Below are positions 1 through 9,476 of a DNA stretch of 64,000 nucleotides, in pieces. Made by a program: the position numbers and the translations under genes. This DNA comes from Firmicutes bacterium FC7. Lineage in GTDB: Bacteria; Bacillota; Clostridia; Tissierellales; Tissierellaceae. The stretch lies in assembly GCA_022760735.1 (NCBI GenBank), contig JAKELU010000002.1:139161-203160 (forward strand). The letters are read 5' to 3'. Below the pieces are notes generated by a model. That model searched no databases, was not told the DNA's origin, and was given only the letters and a program-made list of their open reading frames with translations. Position 1 is the first letter of the stretch; every line of letters starts with the position of its first letter.

Positions 1-412
1 ATTCACCAACTCGACCACCTACTTTAAGATATACTAAAGAAATTATTGATGTCACGATTATGCTTTGAGATAGATTATATACTGTTTTATGTAATGGTAG
101 ATTTAATGAATGAATATACCCTCTTCCTTTTATGTATGGAACTCTAAATAAAAAGCCCAAAGCAACAATTATAGTTGATATTAATGGTCCAGTGACAATT
201 ACACTTGAAATATTTACTGCGTATCCTACAGAAATACCTACTGTATTATTTGGTAATGGGACTAATAGTGATTCTACAATAATTGCAAGAACTGCCCAAA
301 ATATTAACATACTATAGTCCTCAATATCGTATTTATAAAACAACAAAGTCAATAAACAGAAAGCAATAACAGATAGTATTCCAATATAGTAATATTTTCT
401 TTTATTATCCAT
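1..412 (-). CDS. polytopic membrane protein, N-terminal portion. The gene runs off the window start. Function unknown.
   Basis: The minus strand has AAGGAGA 7 nt upstream of the ATG at 412-410. Translation MDNKRKYYYIGILSVIAFCLL... shows several hydrophobic helices. The frame is open to position 1. The antisense 132..317 plus ORF is spurious. Confidence 0.5.
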   Translation of the reverse strand, partial: MDNKRKYYYIGILSVIAFCLLTLLFYKYDIEDYSMLIFWAVLAIIVESLLVPLPNNTVGISVGYAVNISSVIVTGPLISTIIVALGFLFRVPYIKGRGYIHSLNLPLHKTVYNLSQSIIVTSIISLVYLKVGGRVGE

Positions 413-472
413 TATAATTCTCCTTTTTTATTAGACCACAAATATATAAATGCCGGCTTTTTTATATAGTCT

Positions 473-550
473 CTAGATTAATGACCAGTGTGCACCAGCT
501 GCTAATAACAATGACAATATACTCATAATTATAGCTGTTAGTTTTTTCAT
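473..550 (-). CDS. small hydrophobic peptide, 25 aa, MKKLTAIIMSILSLLLAAGAHWSLI
   Basis: ATG at 550-548 follows AGGGGG at 9-nt spacing. The product has a basic N-terminus plus one predicted TM helix. It is not in the supplied ORF track (below 60 aa). Confidence 0.35.
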   Translation of the reverse strand: MKKLTAIIMSILSLLLAAGAHWSLI

Positions 551-654
551 CGAATATAGCCCCCTTTGGATTACTATGCTGTTCGCTAGTCCAGCATGCT
601 ATATTCGCTTCGCTTAAAAATTTATAAGTATTAGCCGGCATTATTACCTAATAA

Positions 655-1281
655 TCATTTAGTGATAAAGCGATTTACTGCGTCTAATGTTGCCTTTACG
701 ATTGCTATTTCCAAATTGTTGTTAATCAAACATGAACCACAGAATCTTTTTTCCTGATCATCTATTAAACAACTGACTACAACAATGACAGCTTTATCAT
801 TTGAAATAGAGGTTGTCCTAATATCCTCCAAAGTAAAAGTGTCTTCATATCCACAAGCCTCTTCTACAGTCTTAAGTGTTGCATCAACAAGCATTCTAGA
901 AATATTTCTGCTAGCATTAACACCAGTAATAGAATTCTCAAAGATATTATCTTGATTGCTTAAAGAAACTTTTACGGTTGCTTTAGACCCTAGTGTATCA
1001 TGATATACACCTAGTAATCTCAAACGATTCTCCTGTCTTTTTATCCTCTCATCACCTATTTGGGCAATACTAATCTTTTTATAGTCTACAGGTATATTAT
1101 ATAAAGCTAGAAGTACTGATTGTACATCTCTAGCAATTTGCTTAGCCCCTCGTGTATTATTGGAGACAATATGTATTTCTTCAATTAAGCCATAATCATT
1201 TAAAACTATCTTGCATGAAACAACTGATTCTAATTTCTCTATATCTTTTTCAATTATTTCTATATCCATACTATCCCCCAT
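655..1281 (-). CDS. hypothetical protein with two similar halves (VVSC(K/L)I...NN...A...DV motif twice)
   Basis: 208-aa ORF. The two halves align by eye. No family recognised with confidence. Confidence 0.55.
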   Translation of the reverse strand: MGDSMDIEIIEKDIEKLESVVSCKIVLNDYGLIEEIHIVSNNTRGAKQIARDVQSVLLALYNIPVDYKKISIAQIGDERIKRQENRLRLLGVYHDTLGSKATVKVSLSNQDNIFENSITGVNASRNISRMLVDATLKTVEEACGYEDTFTLEDIRTTSISNDKAVIVVVSCLIDDQEKRFCGSCLINNNLEIAIVKATLDAVNRFITK

Positions 1282-1421
1282 ATCCCCTCATCCTTTATTA
1301 GAAATAATCACTATAGTAAATTATTTCTAATTATTGTATTTTATTCATAATATGATATTATCATTTATCAGTGGGTCTTTCAACTATTAGAGTGTCTTAA
1401 ATAGTCATATTTTTGTGCTTT

Positions 1422-2756
1422 TTATAACATTTGTAATATAGGTGTCAAAATACCCATAATTGCACCTAATAGAGCCCCCAACCATGTAATAGCTTTTAAC
1501 TCCTTATTTGCGATATCCAAAATCAACTTTTCTGTATATTCGACATCAAAGCTGTTGATTTGATCCTCTATTATTTTTGAGATATTAAATGTTTCGATGA
1601 GAATTGGTAAATCATTTACCATGTTTTTCTCGATTAGCGTCCTAATCACCATTAATAATTCATCGAAAATTTCTTCATTTATATTTGTCATTAATAAAGA
1701 AATAGGTTTATTTAATACCTCAATAAAAATGTTATTAATCAATGATACAATCTCATCTCTAAAGACTTTAGATGATATTATAATTTCCAAATTATCTGAT
1801 AGCTGATTTTTTATATCATTTAATTTGATATCATTAATTATGTGACTACTTATTTTAGAAATCCTATCTTCATTAAATAAGATATCCACTTCAGCTATAG
1901 CATTAGCTAACTTCATTTCCATTAGACTATTTAATCCATTTTTTATAAATACAATATAGTCATCATGAGATTTAGGGTCATTAATATATTTCTCTACAAC
2001 TTGTAATATCTTTTCAGATATTTGTTCAGGACTGATGAACATTGTAATTACTTTGCTAATATTCTGCTCTACCATTATTGAAACAGAAGTACTTATCCTG
2101 TCTCTTACAACAGGATCATCAAATATTGATTTAACACTGTTTCCAATGTTTGATTTGTTCTTTTCAAGCAAATTGCCTATTTCAGCAAGTACATCTCCTG
2201 ACAGTACTTCTTTAATTTTTCTTTGATCACCCTTTGCTTCCTCAAGCTTATGATATATTAGCTGATTTAAGTATCTCTTTGTATCTTCTGACTTAAGAAG
2301 AGCATCTCCTTTTGAAACAATATACTCTATAGCTTTATTCTTAAGCTCATCTATATGAAGCTGCTTCATTATTGAATCAGTAATACTATTGCTTAGATTA
2401 AGTATTATGGTATATATCCTAATTTTATCCTTTGCTTGAAGCAGGTCATTAATGGACTCATTCTTGTCCTTAAGGGCAAAATACTTTTCTTTTATTAACT
2501 CCCTAAATTTACTTTCGAATGCATCTTTATAAAGTGCTTTAGAAATTACATCTGGTGAGAGAATATGCTCTCCTACAGCTTCTCCAACGCTTTTAGCAAT
2601 TCTACTTCTTTCCTTTGGTATTAAACCTGGCGTAAAAGGAATTTTAATGCCAAAAATTCTCTTTTCACATAAAGGTCTAAAAAGCATTTTTATAGCTAAC
2701 CAATTTGTAATATATCCAATTATTGAACCTACCAGAATAGGTATTATAAATCTCAC
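1422..2756 (-). CDS. DUF445 (YheB/YjiN-like) membrane protein
   Basis: The N-terminus ...GYITNWLAIKMLFRP and the C-terminal TM ...WLGALLGAIMGILTPILQML are characteristic of the DUF445 family. Confidence 0.65.
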   Translation of the reverse strand: MRFIIPILVGSIIGYITNWLAIKMLFRPLCEKRIFGIKIPFTPGLIPKERSRIAKSVGEAVGEHILSPDVISKALYKDAFESKFRELIKEKYFALKDKNESINDLLQAKDKIRIYTIILNLSNSITDSIMKQLHIDELKNKAIEYIVSKGDALLKSEDTKRYLNQLIYHKLEEAKGDQRKIKEVLSGDVLAEIGNLLEKNKSNIGNSVKSIFDDPVVRDRISTSVSIMVEQNISKVITMFISPEQISEKILQVVEKYINDPKSHDDYIVFIKNGLNSLMEMKLANAIAEVDILFNEDRISKISSHIINDIKLNDIKNQLSDNLEIIISSKVFRDEIVSLINNIFIEVLNKPISLLMTNINEEIFDELLMVIRTLIEKNMVNDLPILIETFNISKIIEDQINSFDVEYTEKLILDIANKELKAITWLGALLGAIMGILTPILQML

Positions 2757-2772
2757 GTTCTACAGCCTCCAA

Positions 2773-3549
2773 CTAAATTAAAAATAACTCATATACCATC
2801 TTTATTGCCATACCTAATGACATAACTATAAATATAGGTCTAATTACCTTAGCTCCTACTTTAATAGCAAGTTTTGATCCGGTTCTGGCTCCAAGTATCA
2901 TAAATAAGGCCATAGGAATTCCCATTAGATAATGAATTTTTCCATTAATAGCAAACACTAATAATGCAGTAAGTCCGCTCATTAAGTTCATAGCCTTTGC
3001 GTTTCCTGAAGCTCTTACAAAGTCGAATCCATATATCTTTATTAGTCCAATTATTAAAAAGGAGCCTGTTCCTGGACCAAAGAACCCATCATAAAATCCC
3101 ATAATAAATGCAAATACCGCTCCAATAGTTAAATTCTTCTTATTAATCCCAGTAAAATTGTCTTCTTGTCCTACTTTTTTGGATATAAAGCTATATATTC
3201 CAACAGCCATTAGCATTACCATTATAATAGGCTTTAATGCTTCAGAATTCATAAGAATTACAGTATATGTACCTATCATCGAACCGATTAAAGTAAAAGG
3301 CAATAATACCTTTAATATATCCTTATCCGTTTTACCTTCCCTTGCAAAACTAATTGTACTTGTTAAAGTACCGCAAAATGATGAAAATTTATTGGTTCCT
3401 AATGAATAATGAGCTGGAAATCCAATTGCAAAATAAGCTGGAACGCTTATTATTCCACCACCTCCTGCAATCGAATCAACAAATGCAGCTAGGAATCCCG
3501 CACAGCATAAAAAAATAATCTTGTAAATCATGTCAACGTTTTCTAACAT
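2773..3549 (-). CDS. TauE/SafE (DUF81) family sulfite/anion exporter-like permease
   Basis: Polytopic product with a Gly-rich GGGGIISVP motif. The start was moved to MLENVDMIY because GGGAGG lies 7 nt upstream. The ORF-track M1 is inside that SD. Confidence 0.75.
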   Translation of the reverse strand: MLENVDMIYKIIFLCCAGFLAAFVDSIAGGGGIISVPAYFAIGFPAHYSLGTNKFSSFCGTLTSTISFAREGKTDKDILKVLLPFTLIGSMIGTYTVILMNSEALKPIIMVMLMAVGIYSFISKKVGQEDNFTGINKKNLTIGAVFAFIMGFYDGFFGPGTGSFLIIGLIKIYGFDFVRASGNAKAMNLMSGLTALLVFAINGKIHYLMGIPMALFMILGARTGSKLAIKVGAKVIRPIFIVMSLGMAIKMVYELFLI

Positions 3550-3610
3550 TGTGTCGCCTCCCAAATAAGATTAAATACACTTAAATAGTACTAGCTTTTG
3601 GAGAAAAATG

Positions 3611-3640
3611 CAAACAAAAAAAGAGCAGGAAATCTGCTCT
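3611..3640 (-). terminator. intrinsic terminator after the LacI-family gene
   Basis: Hairpin AGAGCAG-GAAAT-CTGCTCT followed on the minus strand by TTTTTTTGTTTG. Confidence 0.6.
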
Positions 3641-3644
3641 CAAA

Positions 3645-4679
3645 CTAAATTTCTGTTGACTTTCTTTTATATATTGTATATGGCACTATAATTTTTCTTC
3701 CGCGCACCTCATTGTCTATTGCATCGACTAAAAGCTCTACGGAACTATATCCAAGGGATACCGCATTTACATCGACAGAGGTAATTGGAATGCTTGAGTA
3801 CCTTGCCAATACACTGTTGTTAAAACTCGCAACAGCTATATCCTCTGGAATTTTTACACCCAAACTATCAAATACCCTAATAGCACCAAAAGCAACTAAG
3901 TCGTCAGTTACCAGCACTGCATCAGGTGGATTATCTAAATTTGCTATTATTTTTCCATATTTAGTTCCTGTCTTCTCATCAAAGCTTCCTGTAAATAAAA
4001 GCTCCTTATTAAATTTGAGATTCTTTTCTTCGATTGCTTTTTTATACCCCTCAACCCTTCTCTGAGTCATTATTAACTCTTCTTCACCTGCAATCATTGC
4101 AATTCTTTTCTTTCCAATTTTACTCAAATGTTGAGTAAGTTCATAAGCAGCCATAAAGTTATCATTATCCACATGATTTACTTTGTCTATGTGAAGATTT
4201 GGGGTTCCAATTAGAGAAAAAGGAAAATCAATATCATAAAGATACTCTATGCACTCATCATTTAATTTACTGCTCATAAGTATTAGTCCATCTACCTTTG
4301 AGCTCCTTATAAAGTCTTTAATGACCCTAATCTCTTCATCCTTTTCATAATTTGAAGACAGAAGTATGTCATATTTAGCCTTAGCAGCCGCCTTTGCAAT
4401 TCCTCTAATAGCCTCTGGAAAGAATGGGTTTAAAAATACATCTTCTGAAGTTGTAGGCATTATTACTCCTATTGTTCCAGTCCTATTTCTAGCCAAGGAC
4501 CTAGCGGCTGCATTTGGATAATATCCAAGCTCATCCATACAAGCAAGTACTTTTTCTGTTGTTGCTTTGCTTATTCTAGGACTTTTAGAAATTACTCTTG
4601 AGACTGTAGATGGCGATACTCCGCATCTTTCTGCTACATCTTTTATAGTTACTGTCCTTTTTTTATTCAAGTGTCTCAC
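3645..4679 (-). CDS. LacI-family transcriptional regulator (MalR-like)
   Basis: N-terminal HTH ...VTIKDVAERCGVSPSTVSRVIS... and a periplasmic-binding-protein fold. Confidence 0.85.
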   Translation of the reverse strand: MRHLNKKRTVTIKDVAERCGVSPSTVSRVISKSPRISKATTEKVLACMDELGYYPNAAARSLARNRTGTIGVIMPTTSEDVFLNPFFPEAIRGIAKAAAKAKYDILLSSNYEKDEEIRVIKDFIRSSKVDGLILMSSKLNDECIEYLYDIDFPFSLIGTPNLHIDKVNHVDNDNFMAAYELTQHLSKIGKKRIAMIAGEEELIMTQRRVEGYKKAIEEKNLKFNKELLFTGSFDEKTGTKYGKIIANLDNPPDAVLVTDDLVAFGAIRVFDSLGVKIPEDIAVASFNNSVLARYSSIPITSVDVNAVSLGYSSVELLVDAIDNEVRGRKIIVPYTIYKRKSTEI

Positions 4680-4731
4680 ATCCTATATATTATTGATTGT
4701 ATTTTTGTAAGTATATTAGAAAGCAAAATTT

Positions 4732-5829
4732 TTATCTCAATGCATTTTGGGTTTCAGGATCAAATAAATGAATTTTATTTGAATATGGCTTTACATTTAC
4801 TATATCACCAGATTTTATATGTGTTGAAGCATCTGTTTTTATTGTGTGAATCTCATCCTGAACATGAATGTGTACATGGACTTCACTACCTAATAGCTCA
4901 GTTACCATTACCTTAGCTTTAAGGCCATCTTCCTCTGTCAGTTTAATGTGTTCTGGTCGAACACCAAATATTAAATCTCTTCCTATGTGTGATTTTAAGT
5001 TTTCCTTATTTTCCACTTCTATTGAGAATTTAAAATTTCCATATTCACCATTGTCACCAATTAAGTAGTATTTTGACTCCTCCTCAACTAGTTTACCCCT
5101 ATAGAAATTCATCTGTGGGGAGCCAATAAAACCTGCTACAAACAAATTATCAGGTTTATTGTATATTTCTTCAGGTGTAGCTACTTGTTGTATAATTCCA
5201 TCCTTCATAACACATATTCTTGTTCCCATGGTCATAGCTTCAGTTTGGTCATGGGTTACATAAACAAAGGTAGTCTTTAGCTCTTGATGAAGCCTTATGA
5301 GTTCGGCTCTCATCTGTACCCTCAATTTTGCATCTAAGTTTGATAGTGGCTCATCCATTAAGAATACTTGAGGATTCCTAACTATTGCTCTTCCAAGAGC
5401 TACCCTTTGTCTCTGTCCACCTGATAATTCCTTAGGCTTTTTATTCAACTGGGTGTCTATATCCAAAGTTTTCGACACTTCCTTTATCCTTCTGTCAATC
5501 TCCTTTTTATCTACTTTTTTAAGTTTCAGTCCAAATGCCATATTATCGTATACAGTCATATGTGGATAGAGGGCATAGTTTTGAAATACCATGGCTATAT
5601 TTCTATCTCGTGGGTCTACATTATTCATCAATTCCCCGCCAATATATAGCTCACCAGATGAGACACTTTCTAGGCCAGCAATCATTCTAAGTGTTGTTGA
5701 TTTCCCACATCCCGAAGGCCCCACCAGAACCATAAATTCTCCATCCCTAATTTCTAAATTTATGTATTTTACTGCCTCATAACCATTATCGTAAATTTTG
5801 CTTACTTTTATAAAAGTGATTCCTGCCAT
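4732..5829 (-). CDS. msmX: sugar ABC transporter ATP-binding protein (MsmX/MalK family)
   Basis: Walker A GPSGCGKST, signature LSGGQRQRV and Walker B LMDEPLSNLD, plus a C-terminal MalK-type TOBE region. The start is set to MAGITFIKV because GGAGG sits at 7-nt spacing. ATG overlaps the TAA of the upstream gene (TAATG), so the two may be translationally coupled. Confidence 0.85.
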   Translation of the reverse strand: MAGITFIKVSKIYDNGYEAVKYINLEIRDGEFMVLVGPSGCGKSTTLRMIAGLESVSSGELYIGGELMNNVDPRDRNIAMVFQNYALYPHMTVYDNMAFGLKLKKVDKKEIDRRIKEVSKTLDIDTQLNKKPKELSGGQRQRVALGRAIVRNPQVFLMDEPLSNLDAKLRVQMRAELIRLHQELKTTFVYVTHDQTEAMTMGTRICVMKDGIIQQVATPEEIYNKPDNLFVAGFIGSPQMNFYRGKLVEEESKYYLIGDNGEYGNFKFSIEVENKENLKSHIGRDLIFGVRPEHIKLTEEDGLKAKVMVTELLGSEVHVHIHVQDEIHTIKTDASTHIKSGDIVNVKPYSNKIHLFDPETQNALR

Positions 5830-8639
5830 TATACCCCCTCCAACCATTTTAAAATATAACAGGAAGCATCCTTAATTGTTTCAAATACTGCATCAGCTTC
5901 ACTTAAATCATCATATCCTATGCATATTGCTGTCATTCCCGCAGCTTTTATGCTTTCAATTCCTGCCTTAGCATCTTCCACACCTAAGCAATCCTCAGGT
6001 TTAACACAAAGCATATTTGCTGCCTCAAGGAATGGATCAGGATATGGCTTTGGTCGTTTTATTTTATTAGGATCTACTACGATATCAAAATATTTTTCAA
6101 TCTCCATATTCCTTATTAATTGAGGAGCATTTTTACTAGCTGATACTAAACCTATTTTATATCCTCTTCTTTTTATCTCCTCCAAAAGCTCTATAACACC
6201 TGGGTAGGCATTTTCACGTGTAAAAGACGCTATAGATTCATTATAATAATTATTTTTTCTATCCATCAACTCCAACTTTTCTTCCTCAGAATACTCAAGT
6301 GAAAAATATTTTAAAATTAATTCAAGTGCTTCTTTCCGTGATATACCTCGAAGCTTATCTCGAAATTCTTCTGGTAATTTTAAACCTAAGTCCTCACACA
6401 TTCTCCTCCATGCCTCGTAGTGATTATCTGAGGTTCCTGTCAGCACACCATCTAAGTCAAAGAGAACTACCCTTTCTCCTATAGTCATCTTCTTACCCTT
6501 TAATATAACTTCCACAGGCGGTCCAGAAATTTTCTTAATATCAACATCTTGTCCATTGATAGTAAGTTCAAGTATAGCATTCCTCCAAGTAAATCTAAAT
6601 CTTATCCTACCTAACTTCTTTGGTACAAAAGGATTAATATGAAGACCATCTTCTGTAATTCGAACTCCACCAAATCCACTTATCACATTTAAAAGAGAAC
6701 CGCCCATATTTGCCATATGAAGTCCAACATTTGTGTTTTTATTAAGGTCTTTTATATCCATATAAACAGTATCCATAAAGTATTTATAAGCTTTTTCTTC
6801 GTCCTTTAGCCTACATGCCATAAGTCCACTTATACATGGGGATAGGGAAGAATCGTGTGTACTAATATCTTCATAATAATAATAAGTACGTCTAATTACT
6901 TCTTCATCTACATCAGGTATTAAATACAATGCAAGCACAGCGTCTGACTGCTTTAATATTTGATATCTATAAATTGTAAGCGGATGATAATGTAATAGCA
7001 ATGGCCTCAGAGTATTTTCCTTTGGCCAATATGCCTTTGTTAGGAAAGTTGAATCCTGTGCTATTATTCCTTTTTCATTATCATATATAAAAATCATTTC
7101 ATCAGCTGCTTTTTCCATAAGCCTAATTTCATCATCTTCTATACGTAAATTAGTCCTTAAATTAGCCCAGGCCTCTGGTCTTTCTTCTTTTAGTAAATTC
7201 CATAGTTTAACTGCCCATTTTAAATTATATTGAGCCATTTTATTTGTATAATAGTTATCAGAAACCATAGCTGTATATTCGTCTGGTCCTGTTACTCCAT
7301 GAATATGGAATCCATCACTCTGAAAAGAACCTATTTCTAGCGCTGTCCTAGCAGTTTCTATCAATAATTCCATGGAATAGTTCGCTAAAAAATCAATATC
7401 TCTGTGAACAATCCACCACTGTATAAATGTATAGGCTATGTCAAAATTAATGTGATACTGAGCTGACCCTGCTGGAAAATACCCTGAGGATTCAACTCCA
7501 GAGATGGTTCTCCAAGGAAAACAAGCACCCTTTCTGTTACCCATTTCCTTAGCTCTTTCCCTTGCAGCATTTAATTGATTATACCTGTAAAGCAATAAAT
7601 TTTTAGCCCTCTCTTCGTCCCAAAGTAACCACACTGGAAATAGAAAAATCTCTGTATCCCAAAAATAATGACCTTCATATCCTTCCCCCGACAAACCCTT
7701 TGCCGCAATATTTCCATGTACATCCCTAGTAGTGGATTGCAGCATATGAAACTCCATGAAATCCATCGCATTGTCCAATTCTTCATTATCTAAAAACTCA
7801 ATTGAACATCTTTTGCTAAATTCACTTAAATATATTCTCTGTTTTTCATACAATTCCTCTTTTGAAATAAAGGCACTATTTACCTTTCGTATACTATCCC
7901 AATACCTTACCATCCGTTCTATTTTGAGTCTTCCATTAGACTTAAAGTAAATATATAGCCCTTCATCATCCTTAGTCCATGAGGAGTTAAATTCTCCTTC
8001 ATCTTTGAAATTGACTTTTACCTTTAGTCCTGACCTTATGGTCTCAAGTAAAATTTTACCCTCCTCTGATTCATACCTAGCAGACTTTACTTCAACTAAA
8101 GGTATCTGCGTAGGGGCAATACGAGGATCATCCTTACTTGACATATTTGATATTATAAAATCTATTTTATTTAAAATTTGTATTTCACCATCGTAAAGGA
8201 TATTTAATGTCCAAGATCTAAGCTCTTTATGCTGAAAAGAAAGTAGATGTTCAAAGCTAATCTCTGCAGTTTTTCCACTCTTAGTAAAATATTTATAACT
8301 TCTATAAGATATCCCTTTCTTAAAATCTAATTCCCTTTTAAAGTCTTCTATTCTACCATCAATTTTAACTTCTTCTCCATCTAAAAGGATCTTGATTTTA
8401 AATAGGTCTATAAGATTTGGCATTCTGTCAGTTTCAAGAGGAAATCCCCAAGCCCACTCTGCATGAATCATAGGAACACGATCATATATTCCATTTATAT
8501 AGTTGCCTCTAACGGAATTTGGATATTCAAATTCCTCCAAATATCCCCTTGCCCCTATATAACCATTTCCTAGTGACATTAGGGTTTCCAGTAGAGGTAG
8601 CCTCTCTATATTTAGTCCTTCCTCCTTAAATGTCTTCAA
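5829..8639 (-). CDS. GH65 alpha-glucoside phosphorylase (maltose/kojibiose/nigerose/trehalose phosphorylase family) fused at the C-terminus to beta-phosphoglucomutase (HAD family)
   Basis: 936 aa. Residues 1 to ~715 are GH65-like. The last ~215 aa carry the HAD motifs VLFDLDGVLT, GLVSASKN and GVEDAKAGIESIKAAGM typical of beta-PGM. Confidence 0.8.
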   Translation of the reverse strand: MKTFKEEGLNIERLPLLETLMSLGNGYIGARGYLEEFEYPNSVRGNYINGIYDRVPMIHAEWAWGFPLETDRMPNLIDLFKIKILLDGEEVKIDGRIEDFKRELDFKKGISYRSYKYFTKSGKTAEISFEHLLSFQHKELRSWTLNILYDGEIQILNKIDFIISNMSSKDDPRIAPTQIPLVEVKSARYESEEGKILLETIRSGLKVKVNFKDEGEFNSSWTKDDEGLYIYFKSNGRLKIERMVRYWDSIRKVNSAFISKEELYEKQRIYLSEFSKRCSIEFLDNEELDNAMDFMEFHMLQSTTRDVHGNIAAKGLSGEGYEGHYFWDTEIFLFPVWLLWDEERAKNLLLYRYNQLNAARERAKEMGNRKGACFPWRTISGVESSGYFPAGSAQYHINFDIAYTFIQWWIVHRDIDFLANYSMELLIETARTALEIGSFQSDGFHIHGVTGPDEYTAMVSDNYYTNKMAQYNLKWAVKLWNLLKEERPEAWANLRTNLRIEDDEIRLMEKAADEMIFIYDNEKGIIAQDSTFLTKAYWPKENTLRPLLLHYHPLTIYRYQILKQSDAVLALYLIPDVDEEVIRRTYYYYEDISTHDSSLSPCISGLMACRLKDEEKAYKYFMDTVYMDIKDLNKNTNVGLHMANMGGSLLNVISGFGGVRITEDGLHINPFVPKKLGRIRFRFTWRNAILELTINGQDVDIKKISGPPVEVILKGKKMTIGERVVLFDLDGVLTGTSDNHYEAWRRMCEDLGLKLPEEFRDKLRGISRKEALELILKYFSLEYSEEEKLELMDRKNNYYNESIASFTRENAYPGVIELLEEIKRRGYKIGLVSASKNAPQLIRNMEIEKYFDIVVDPNKIKRPKPYPDPFLEAANMLCVKPEDCLGVEDAKAGIESIKAAGMTAICIGYDDLSEADAVFETIKDASCYILKWLEGV

Positions 8640-8643
8640 AGTA

Positions 8644-9468
8644 TCACTCCTTTAATGCACCTGATGTAATTCCTGACACAATTTGTCTTTGGAATAGGAT
8701 TACAATAATTAAGGTTGGTATTGTTACAACCACTGTTGCAGCAGTTACCTGTCCCCAGAAAATTTCAAACTGTCCTCTTAAAAAAGAAATACTTACAGTT
8801 GCTGTTCTCCAGGCTTCATTGGTATTTAGGGTTAGGGACAATAGAAATTCATTCCATGCACCAATAAAGGTCATAATTGCTGATGTGAAAATTCCTGGAG
8901 CAGCCAATGGTAAAATTATTTTAAAGAAGGTATTAATCTTTGACGACCCATCCATAATAGCTGATTCTTCCATTTCTTTTGGAATCTGAGAGAAATGAGT
9001 GATTAATATAAATACAGCTATTGGCAAAGTTATCATAGAATAAGGCAAAGATATATAGTAGCTATTTGTCCACCCTAGTTTTACAAAAACCCTATAGATA
9101 GGACCTATAACTATCATCTGCGGAAACATTGATGTTGCAAGTATAATTACAGTTAATAACTTCTTGAATTTAAACTCTAGTCTAGCGATAGAATAAGCAC
9201 ATAGGGAGGCTATCATAGTTACATAGACGGTTGTAATAGTTGAAATTATAAGAGAGTTTTTCAAAGAGTTAAGTATTGTTGTCTTAAACAGGTTAACATA
9301 GTTTGCACTTGTATAAGTTGCCCCTCTTAATTTAAGAGCATTTGCGCTCCAAATCTCTGCTTCCGGTCTAAAGGAAGTTACGGTTACCCAAAAGAAAGGA
9401 AAGATTATTATAAATAGGTATAAAACTATAATTATCTTAAAGAGCGTTGATGATTTCACATTATTCAT
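8644..9468 (-). CDS. carbohydrate ABC transporter permease (MalG/UgpE-like)
   Basis: Six-TM permease with an EAA-type loop. Confidence 0.8.
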   Translation of the reverse strand: MNNVKSSTLFKIIIVLYLFIIIFPFFWVTVTSFRPEAEIWSANALKLRGATYTSANYVNLFKTTILNSLKNSLIISTITTVYVTMIASLCAYSIARLEFKFKKLLTVIILATSMFPQMIVIGPIYRVFVKLGWTNSYYISLPYSMITLPIAVFILITHFSQIPKEMEESAIMDGSSKINTFFKIILPLAAPGIFTSAIMTFIGAWNEFLLSLTLNTNEAWRTATVSISFLRGQFEIFWGQVTAATVVVTIPTLIIVILFQRQIVSGITSGALKE

Positions 9469-9476
9469 ATCTTCAC

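Noticed and set aside
132-317. 61-aa plus-strand ORF
   Set aside because: It is antisense to a minus-strand membrane-protein gene that has an AAGGAGA SD and a coherent hydrophobic translation. Probably spurious.
1597-4065. Several 60-120-aa plus-strand ORFs (1597..1806, 2035..2226, 3158..3409, 3712..4065) inside the DUF445, TauE and LacI genes
   Set aside because: They are low-complexity Ile/Leu/Ser-rich translations, antisense to well-supported genes in AT-rich DNA. Chance ORFs.
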